NCBI GenBank assembly: GCA_963711675.1
Contig: CAVQFB010000002.1
Span: 427,632-491,631 of the forward strand
Direction of reading: 5' to 3'
Source of the DNA: an uncultured Acidobacteriota bacterium
GTDB taxonomy: Bacteria; Acidobacteriota; Terriglobia; Terriglobales; Acidobacteriaceae
DNA length: 64,000 bases
Numbering within the stretch: the first letter of the stretch is position 1; each line of letters starts with the position of its first letter. A program made the translations under genes and the position numbers. Under the pieces are notes generated by a model. That model had not been told where the DNA came from, did no database searches, and saw nothing but the letters and a program-made list of their open reading frames with translations. Positions 56,266 through 64,000 of this stretch are shown here, piece after piece.

Positions 56266-56922
56266 GTGAGACGCCATTCGTCCATGACTGTGGAGGAGTT
56301 GATACGCGCTTGCGCCGAATCCCATGACGGCGCGGCTTGGGAAGAGTTCGTCTCCCGTTTTCAGAGGCCGATCAGTCTTTCAATCAAACGCACGGCCTGC
56401 CAATGGGGAAAAGACCCAGCGCAGTTTGTCGACGATTTACTTCAAGAGACCTATCTCAAGCTCTGTGCGGATAAGTGCCGCGTGTTGCTCGAATTTGCTC
56501 GGCAACATTCTGACGAGGCAGTGCTGGGATACATAAAGACAATTGCGATCAATGTTGCGCACGATCACTTCAAGTCACTCCATTCTCAGAAGCGCGGCGC
56601 GGGAGAGACCGATCAGTTGCACGAAGACTTCGACCCAGCAGCGCAGAGCGGCAGCTTTGGGGGCCCAGAGGCCATGGACCGCGAGGTCTTTCTGAAGCAG
56701 GTCGACGAGCAGCTACAGAATTGCGCGGCTGGCTCCAATCAGGAGCGGGACTGCCTTATTTTCTGGTTTTACTATCTGCAAGGTATGAGCGCTAAAGCAA
56801 TTGCTGCTTTGGCGACCATCAAACTCACAGCAAAGGGCGTGGAGGCCGTCATTTTCCGGCTCACTCGCTGTGTACGGGAGCATTTGGGCAACTCGGGCAC
56901 GGCAGACTCGGCGGAGGCATAG
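56266..56922 (+). CDS. ECF-type RNA polymerase sigma-70 family factor
   Basis: Region 2 (FVDDLLQETYLKL) and region 4 HTH (GMSAKAIAALATIKLTAKGVEAVIFRL). Confidence 0.85.
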   Translation: MRRHSSMTVEELIRACAESHDGAAWEEFVSRFQRPISLSIKRTACQWGKDPAQFVDDLLQETYLKLCADKCRVLLEFARQHSDEAVLGYIKTIAINVAHDHFKSLHSQKRGAGETDQLHEDFDPAAQSGSFGGPEAMDREVFLKQVDEQLQNCAAGSNQERDCLIFWFYYLQGMSAKAIAALATIKLTAKGVEAVIFRLTRCVREHLGNSGTADSAEA

Positions 56923-56979
56923 AAAGCGGACCGAAAAGGATTCCTCCCGCCAATGTCGTATTAGAAGGAGTAGCAGATT

Positions 56980-59900
56980 TTGACACGGCCATTCGACAAA
57001 CATCTCGACAGCGACGAACTGGATAGGCTCGTTTCGTTGCAAGAGACGAGTGTGTCCGGTTCGGAGCAACTCTCGGAGGCAGCTCTGAGAGAGGCCCAAC
57101 GCCACGTTGAGTCTTGCCAGGACTGCAGCCGAAAGGTGCAGAGGCACAGGTTCGTGCAGAGCGAGATTTTGCGTATGCGAGTGCCTAATCCATCGCCGCC
57201 GACTCCGCGAGTGCATGGGAGATGCCGAGTGGCTGGAAGTGGCGGCCGGGCTTTTGCCGGAAGCGAAGACAAGAGAACTGATGAAACATGCGGCACAATG
57301 CGGGCACTGCGGACCTCTGCTAAAGAACGCCGCAGAAGCACTCGTGGACGAAGCAACTCCTAGCGAGGAGGCACTGCTGGCCTCACTGCAAAGTGCGCGA
57401 CCCGAATGGCGGAAGAACATGGCCGCAACACTGCGAGACAGTGTGCGAGATCGGCAACCGAAGTCTTCGTGGTGGAGGGCGGTCTTCGCTTGGCCGGCTC
57501 CAGCATACGCATTTGCGGGGATTGTCGCCGTTGCCGTAGTGGCTTGGATCGGAGTGCGGGCTTTGCATCCTCCGTCTGCCGAACAATTGCTCGCGCAGGC
57601 CTATACGAGCATCGGACTTTAGAAGTGAGAATCCCCGGTGCAAAATATGCTCCGATGCAGGCAGCAGCGAGGCGCCGGGCGAGTCGGATTTCGACAAACC
57701 ACAATCTTTGTTAAAGGCCGAGGATCTGATTGGTGAAGCCCTCAACAAGAATCCGAACGACCCAAAGTGGCTGCAAGCACGGCCCGTGCCGAACTTGCTC
57801 GACGGCAACTACGAATCCGCCATCAAGTCGTTGCAGCGAGCGCTGGAGACGCAGCCCGATTCGCCCAGACTTCTGACCGACCTAGGCTCTGCATATTTCG
57901 TGCGTGCCGAATCCGCCGAATCGGCCCATTGACTACGGCAATGCCATCATGAATCGTTTGGCAAGGCGCTGGCCAAGTCGCCGGACGATCCGATCGCGCT
58001 GTTCAATCGCGCCCTGGCCTGCGAACACATGTTTCTCTACACCCAAGCCGTGGACGACTGGGAGCACTATCTACGCGTCGATCCACAAGGCGAGTGGGCT
58101 GACGATGCCCGCCGAAGGCTAACGGCTCTGAAACAGAAACTCCAGCAGCACGAGAAAGTCAAGTCCGAACCGCTGCTGAGTCCAGCAGAGATTGTAAGAG
58201 GCATCGGACGAATACGTGCTGCGAGGCAGAAAATTGACGATCGTATCGAGGAATACCTTCGCCTTGCAATAACTGACATGGCTGCCGCAGGCCTTTCCGG
58301 GTGGGTCCGAGCAATCTTCGATTGAGTAAGAAGTTCTCGCGCTGCCCTTTGGGTTTTGGCTGAGATTTGCCGCAGCGAACATGGTGACACGTGGCTGGCA
58401 GATTTGCTTAACCACCATCGGTGGCAATTTTCTGGTGGCATTAAGGCTTTGTCAGCAGCGCTTAAAGCGGACGAAAGAGGGGACTATTCCAGGGCCAGAA
58501 CTCCGCACGACAGTGCGACTCAATTGTTTCGGGACAGATGCGAACACAGCAGGGAGATACGGGCGCAAGCCGAGGAGGTCTATTCAGACCACTTGCTCTG
58601 GGAGGGGACCGCAGTGTTCACTCGCTGCTGAAACAAATGGCATGAACCGCTTAGGCGCAGCTAGCTACAGATGGCTCCGGGCTCAGATGAGTTTGGAGCA
58701 ATCGAACTGCGCCGACCTGGTCGGTGACCTCGGAACGTACGAAGCCGCGATCGACGAGGGACTGCAAGCGAAGCAGCGCGTCACCAGTAGCTATAGCCTC
58801 TTGTTCTGCGCGGTTGGGGTTTCAGGCGCTCTCTGCATGCTTCGCTCGGAGACGCCGGCCGATTTCGCCGGTGTCCGAAAGGATTGACGCTCTTCTGGTC
58901 TGGCCAGATTGACCTGATGAAGGGATACAACCTTTATTACGACTTGGACTCGGCCGCTGACGGTTGCGGCCTCGCCAACTTCCAAGTCATTGTATGGCGA
59001 GAAGCTGCTGCGTTGATCGATCGACATCCCGACGTGCTGCTGCGAGCAATGGCTCACCGTTGGTATGGAAGTGCCGCATACGTTGCAGACAAGCCGAGGC
59101 CTAGCGGCGGCGGAGTTTTCTAAAGCCAGTGCGTTATTTGCTGCTTCCCCCACAAACTGCGGCGACCGACAGAGATCACATGGACGCAGAGGTCTGGCTG
59201 GCGCAGACTGAAATCCGCCAGGGTGACTTGGATCAGGCTGCCACGCGGCTCCAACCATCAAGCCAAAATTGACAGAACACCCAGCTTTGACCCAGAAATT
59301 GTATTCTACACGGCGCAAGCGGACATCGCAATGCGGCACTCCGATTCCGACGCTGACAGAAGCCGCGCTTCGGTCGGCTATTTTTCTAGCCGAGTGGGCT
59401 CTCAACTCTTTTCCCATCCGAAAATGATCGGCACGAGTGGGCCGAACAAACTCGGGGCGCCTATAGAAACCTAGTGGAATGGAAGCTTCGTCAGGGTGAC
59501 GCCAATTCGGCCCTTGAGCTTTGGGAGTGGTATAGGGGGGCGGAATTGAGAGCGCTGACAGCACATTCCGTCACCTGGAGGACCCCGGAAATACGCCCCC
59601 CGATCCCCGCGATGCTCCGCCGCTTCCTTCGCCTAACGTAGTAATCGCGCAACTACCTCTACTCAGCGACGAAACAGTTATCGCTTATGGCAGTTTCCCG
59701 ATGGGATTGCTGTCTGGGCCTATGATGATCGTGGCGTTTCATCCCGATGGATTCCTACTTCCTTGCCGCCCGTGCAAGATATAGTAATTCGTTTTCAGCG
59801 TCTCTGCTCAGATCCCAATTCGGACCTCGCTACACTGCGTACAGACTGGGAGTGCGTATAGGACCTGCTATTGGGCCCGTGGAGGAACGCCTTGGGCCTG

Positions 59901-60664
59901 GCAGAACAATTGTGTTCGAACCGGATGACTTTCTAGAAGACATTCCGTGGGAAGCCCTGGTAGACCCCAGCGCACACTACCTCTTAGAACGCTCACCCGT
60001 ATTCTTGCAACCTGCCCTTTACCGAACCATGCATCTCCGGCCAGCGTCAGCAATTACCAAGGACGTGCAAGCCCTGATCGTCAGTGTCTCGGCAGCTAAG
60101 GAAGAGGGTCTGACGCCGCTGGTCGACGCCGACATTGAGGCTCAAACCGTAGCGAATGGATTTCAGTCCGCACATTGGCTTCAAGGCACCAATGCGACCC
60201 TATCGGCCATTCGCAAGGAAATTCGCGGCAGTGTTGTCTTCCACTTTGCGGGACATGCGATTTCGTCACCGCAGCGAAGCGGCCTTGTCCTAGCGGAAAC
60301 CGACCCTGACACACACGTCTCCCGTCTGGTCGACGCCGAAAGCCTTTCAGGCGAGAGAAACCGGAAATCTCCAATTAGCCGTATTATCCGCGTGCCAAAC
60401 CGGGGGAGAGTCTGAGCCTGGTAGTTCCGGTACCGAAAATCTAGTGGAGTCTCTTCTCCGCGCTGGCGTTCCGCACGTAGTCGCCAGCCGATGGAATGTC
60501 GATTCACGCGAAACAGCGGAATTCATGAAGCCTTTTACGAAAAACTCTTATCTGGAGCCGACATTGCCGATGCAGTTCACAACGCGCGGCGAACGCTAGC
60601 CTCCCAGCTTCTCTCCGAGCATCCGTACTATTGGGCTGCATTCGAAATCCAGGGCAGGAAATGA
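56980..60664 (+). pseudogene. Anti-sigma (zf-HC2) - TM - TPR - CHAT domain protein gene, broken by many frameshifts and stops
   Basis: Consecutive ORF fragments in all three + frames read as one protein: HVESCQDC / AAQCGHCGP zinc-finger parts, a TM helix (AYAFAGIVAVAVVAWIG), TPR-like LQRALETQPDSP.., ALFNRALACEHMFLYTQAVDDWEHYLRVDP, a CHAT core (VVFHFAGHAISSPQRSGLVLAE) and the typical C-terminus HPYYWAAFEIQGRK (stop 60662-64). Confidence 0.75.
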
Positions 60665-60686
60665 TGACCTCTAAGGAGAATTTCAA

Positions 60687-62069
60687 ATGAAACATCGGTC
60701 ACTAACAGTTCTATCTGCGGTCGTACTGTTGGGCCTCTGCGCCCCCACATTTGGGCAAACCTACTTAGACATTGCTCTAGAGGGTCCATGGATTCTTTAC
60801 GAAGAACAGCAATTCAAGAGTAAAGACCCGGTATCTGGCAACGATGTGTACGTTCCCGTGCTCGTTGCCATATCACCATCTGGTGCAACTGCATATTCGA
60901 TGTCACGCCACGACGTACAGGATCACCATGAGGCACAAATGAGCACAGGCGAAGGCTACTATATCCGCAGCAATGGTATTTTTTGTTTAACGTTTGGCGA
61001 CAAATGCTATCCGCAATCGAATGGGACATCATTAAAAGTCGACTCCCAATATCCCACTGGGGGGGCCAAAGGGCAGATTCTGCCCATACCTTTTGGTGCA
61101 TCAGGAGATACAAAATGGCCATGGCAGCTGCAGGGTGCTGCCAACCGTGTTTTGATTCTCCCCATGCCGGACTCATACCACAATGACGGTGTGTGGGCTA
61201 TGCGTTTCCGTGGCAAGCACGACCTCGGCTCCACTTTCAAAGAAATCCGAGCCAGCATCGGCATCGTTCTACACTATTCAAAAGGACCGGACAGGTTGGG
61301 TTTTTATGGTTGCGACACTAGCCACCCGGCGTGGGACAATTGCACGACACCTGAGACTGACTCTCAAGGTGACAAGGTATCTCTTGACAATACCGGTACG
61401 CTTCGCTTGCAAATGCGTGCGCCCGACAACGAAGATGCATGCGACCATCATGTGCGTCGCGGATACCATGTGCTCTTCCAGACGATCTCAAGCACGAGCA
61501 ATCAGGCTTATGCATTTATTGAGCCCGCTAAGAGGATAAACGCGGACGGAAGCGCTGTGTTCGAGTCTCCCGACAAGAACCAACATCCCTGCTGGACCAA
61601 AGATCTGAAGGTGCATGATCAAGATGATTCTTTTGCGAAAGTAAAGACTTCTCCACCTTCAGGGAATAAGAAAGCATTTCCATCGTTAGGCACAGAAATG
61701 TTCTCTTCGACCATGTTCATTGCCCCACTCATGGATATCCAGAACCAGCTCAAGCAGTTCATAACTGCCTCGGATACCAAGCTTCAGGTGCTCGACACAG
61801 CAGAGGGCGATGTGGTTATGGCGTTAAGCATAGCCAACAGCCGATTCCCGACATTATCCGATGTACGTCGAATAAAATCGTTGCCGAATGATGCGGCTGA
61901 CAGTATCAAGCAGGTCTTATCTGACAAAGACATCAAGATCAAACCGTTGGTGCGCGCCAAGCTCTTGATCATTGTGGGCAAGCTTAGAGCTCTCTCTGCA
62001 ACCATTAGCGGCGCGACAAAGAATGGAGCTGATTGCCGCGCCGCGATGGTTGTTCTGCGAAACAATTGA
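60687..62069 (+). CDS. Secreted hypothetical protein (460 aa), unknown family
   Basis: AAGGAG RBS, signal peptide MKHRSLTVLSAVVLLGLCAPTFGQ, 11 Cys. By eye it is AT-richer than the core. Confidence 0.65.
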   Translation: MKHRSLTVLSAVVLLGLCAPTFGQTYLDIALEGPWILYEEQQFKSKDPVSGNDVYVPVLVAISPSGATAYSMSRHDVQDHHEAQMSTGEGYYIRSNGIFCLTFGDKCYPQSNGTSLKVDSQYPTGGAKGQILPIPFGASGDTKWPWQLQGAANRVLILPMPDSYHNDGVWAMRFRGKHDLGSTFKEIRASIGIVLHYSKGPDRLGFYGCDTSHPAWDNCTTPETDSQGDKVSLDNTGTLRLQMRAPDNEDACDHHVRRGYHVLFQTISSTSNQAYAFIEPAKRINADGSAVFESPDKNQHPCWTKDLKVHDQDDSFAKVKTSPPSGNKKAFPSLGTEMFSSTMFIAPLMDIQNQLKQFITASDTKLQVLDTAEGDVVMALSIANSRFPTLSDVRRIKSLPNDAADSIKQVLSDKDIKIKPLVRAKLLIIVGKLRALSATISGATKNGADCRAAMVVLRNN

Positions 62070-62280
62070 TACACGCGATCCTGGTTTATGGGCATGACTG
62101 TAACGGGAGCTATTTGATCGGGCTGTATGCTGCCTTGGCGAAACTTTCTTGCCGACAATATTCGGTACGTGAGCCACATCCACCTTCTGAGGGGTCGAAA
62201 ATCGCATTCCGCGCTATTTTTAATCTTTGATTGCCGAAAATAGCGGGTTAGCTGCTTGAACAGGTGAAAGCATCGCGAGT

Positions 62281-62336
62281 GGCGAGGAAAGATCTGCTGA
62301 CGTGTGTACTTCGTCAAATTGCGAATGCGAATTGAC
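62281..62336. repeat. Left copy of a ~50-56 bp direct repeat flanking the Fic fragment
   Basis: GGCGAGGAAAGATCTGCTGAC..GTG.ACT.CGT.AAATTGCGAAT..TGAC recurs at 63010..63059. Confidence 0.85.
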
Positions 62337-62613
62337 ACGAATGCATAGTCGGGCGGGAAACGGCAGCTTTTTACGCTGCTGGGAGGGTCACCACGCTTGC
62401 GGGAAACTCGACTCTGGTCTAGAGATCAAGCATGATCCATGTTGGCGCGTGTTCGCTCGCGTTTTCCTGCCCACGCGCCCATCGGTCTACACCGCTGTCC
62501 ACCAGCCGGTCCGCGCTTCCAAGCGGGCGGGACTGGCTCCCGTCTCGACACAATAAGATAAAAATGGTGCAACGCAATAGGATAATAAACGTACAACGCA
62601 ATAGCGCAAGTCG

Positions 62614-62985
62614 ATGCATGTGCCACTGAACCGGGACGCTGTGAGGGACACCATGCCGGCGTTCTTCGACCTTCTGCGCGAAGAGCCGCATCCGGCTGTC
62701 CGCGTGGTGCTCGGGCATTTCATCTTCGTCTATATCCATCCTTATATGGACGACAACGGCCGCGTCGGGCGCTTCCTGATGAACGCGATGATGGTGTCGG
62801 GGGGATACCCGTGGACCGTCATCCCGGTAACCGACCGCAACGCCTACGTGAACGCTCTCGAAAAAGCGAGTGTCGGTGAAGATATCGTGCCCTTCACGGA
62901 CTTCCTCGCCGGGCTGGTGAAAAAACGACTGGCGGGCGAGCCGTTGCCAGCGGTGCCGAAACCTTCGCCCGTAGACGAACGCTAA
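62614..62985 (+). CDS. Fic/DOC family protein, N-terminally truncated remnant with deviant motif
   Basis: Fido core HPYMDDNGRVGR (canonical HPFxDGNGRxxR). Only about 40 aa precede it, versus 100 or more in intact Fic proteins. Confidence 0.65.
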   Translation: MHVPLNRDAVRDTMPAFFDLLREEPHPAVRVVLGHFIFVYIHPYMDDNGRVGRFLMNAMMVSGGYPWTVIPVTDRNAYVNALEKASVGEDIVPFTDFLAGLVKKRLAGEPLPAVPKPSPVDER

Positions 62986-63009
62986 AACAATTCTCGATCT
63001 GCAGGCAGC

Positions 63010-63059
63010 GGCGAGGAAAGATCTGCTGACTGGGTGCACTGCGTGAAATTGCGAATTGA
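63010..63059. repeat. Right copy of the direct repeat flanking the Fic fragment
   Basis: See 62281..62336. Confidence 0.85.
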
Positions 63060-63136
63060 CGAGAGTTGAGGCCGACGTCACAGTCCAGAGGCGGTGATTG
63101 ATGGCGCCTCTTGACCGTATGCAGATGCACAAACCA

Positions 63137-63970
63137 TTAGTGCTTTAGATTAGAGTCAGCCCTTGAGCCATGGCTGGAACGGAGGATCTTTATCAAAATC
63201 TCATCACGCGTGACTGAGAAATAGCTCTCGCCACCCGCTCGCATCCTCAGAACGGGAACATGAATCTTTCGGTCTCCGACTTTTCTCAAGACGTGGTGAT
63301 AGGCAACTTCCCGCTTTTGTACATTGTGGATCGTTTCTTTGAACAGGGTTCCTAGTTCCTGTCCGGTTGGGTATTGACCCTTAATGTAGGAGCGCCCCGT
63401 CCCGAATCCAATCTGCCCGGCACTAGTTCCGATAATAGAGGCGCGAGCTCCGCCCAGCAGAAATCGAACGTAAGCAACGTCAACAACTGGATGGCCGTGG
63501 AACTGCGTTTCGGTGAACTGGCGTGTATTCGTAAGGATAAATGGTACGACGTACACTTCCTTCATGCCTCTGAGTCCTAGGCGATTAAAGAGTTCTGAGC
63601 GCACACCGTCAAGGTGAGCCACGCACGCGTCTAGCTGTGTGGCAGCGAAATCGAGCTTTTGTTTGGCCTTCCATGCGTCATACATGCTATCGGGCTCAAT
63701 CACAATCTTGCACTGCCCCAAAAACAGGTACCCGTCTTTATATGCCACCAAATCAATGTCAGTTATTTCGCGATGGTTAACCTTGACGCTGAAATTTGCC
63801 AGGGCGAGAAATCCGGCATCTTTGAAGCATTGTTCGAGCTCTAGCACAGGAACGTAGCCCTTTTTCTTCTGGTCAAGGTCGGTCTCCGTTGCGATCAATG
63901 CGAATACGTTACGTTCAAAACGGCTTCCTCGTATATACGGCGTGGGCAGTACCACTGAGTTATTAGCCAT
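63137..63970 (-). CDS. Hypothetical protein with PD-(D/E)xK / NERD-like nuclease motif
   Basis: EITDIDLVAYKDGYLFLGQCK fits D-x(n)-(E/Q)-x-K of restriction-endonuclease-fold proteins. 277 aa. Confidence 0.45.
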   Translation of the reverse strand: MANNSVVLPTPYIRGSRFERNVFALIATETDLDQKKKGYVPVLELEQCFKDAGFLALANFSVKVNHREITDIDLVAYKDGYLFLGQCKIVIEPDSMYDAWKAKQKLDFAATQLDACVAHLDGVRSELFNRLGLRGMKEVYVVPFILTNTRQFTETQFHGHPVVDVAYVRFLLGGARASIIGTSAGQIGFGTGRSYIKGQYPTGQELGTLFKETIHNVQKREVAYHHVLRKVGDRKIHVPVLRMRAGGESYFSVTRDEILIKILRSSHGSRADSNLKH

Positions 63971-64000
63971 GAGCAGCAGCGGTTTGTAGAAGAGATCGAT

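Larger units (their letters stand above)
52113..64000. mobile_element. Second integrase-associated accessory region (extent unknown, runs off the window)
   Basis: Integrase plus XRE regulator, followed by several frameshifted or truncated genes, repeats and by-eye lower GC from about 60.7 kb. Confidence 0.5.

Noticed and set aside
62419-63132. 237-aa minus-strand ORF
   Set aside because: It is antisense to the Fic fragment, whose Fido motif identifies the real coding strand.

Overview
GC-rich bacterial chromosomal window. The gene content (AsmA-like, ECF sigma/CHAT, many small secreted proteins) resembles a soil Acidobacteria (Terriglobia)-type genome, but that is inference only. Nt 1-39.9 kb is core genome. 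It carries lipid and envelope genes (AsmA-like, gpsA-plsY, pgpA, fabH, acyl-CoA ligase) and RNA/DNA housekeeping genes (thpR, cinA, yacG, rimO, an alkyltransferase-like protein). It also holds a chlorite-dismutase/HemQ-like gene, a PilZ-CheX-hybrid histidine kinase cluster, a multicopper oxidase, a GAF-fused alpha-glucan phosphorylase and many small VOC/DUF proteins. Two core items stand out. One is a secreted peroxiredoxin whose catalytic Cys codon is an in-frame TGA followed by a hairpin, so it is probably a selenoprotein. The other is a small RHH two-gene cassette bracketed by REP-like inverted elements and ~95-bp direct repeats. At 39973 an initiator tRNA-fMet is followed by a coupled excisionase/tyrosine-integrase pair and an ~11.6-kb island. 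The island carries a McrBC-like system (McrB frameshifted), an orphan AbiEi, a metallophosphoesterase and a 138-nt composite palindrome next to a MobC-like RHH gene. It also carries a directly abutted SAMHD1-like HD phosphohydrolase + ImmA/IrrE peptidase pair, my best candidate for an undescribed defence module. The island runs up to a tRNA-Leu(UAA)-like gene split by a 247-nt group I intron. Beyond that, a second integrase heads a decaying accessory region with an ECF sigma factor, a multiply frameshifted anti-sigma-TPR-CHAT pseudogene, a truncated Fic gene and a PD-(D/E)xK-like protein. I saw no rRNA gene and no CRISPR array. All family calls come from motif recognition by eye; no searches were run.
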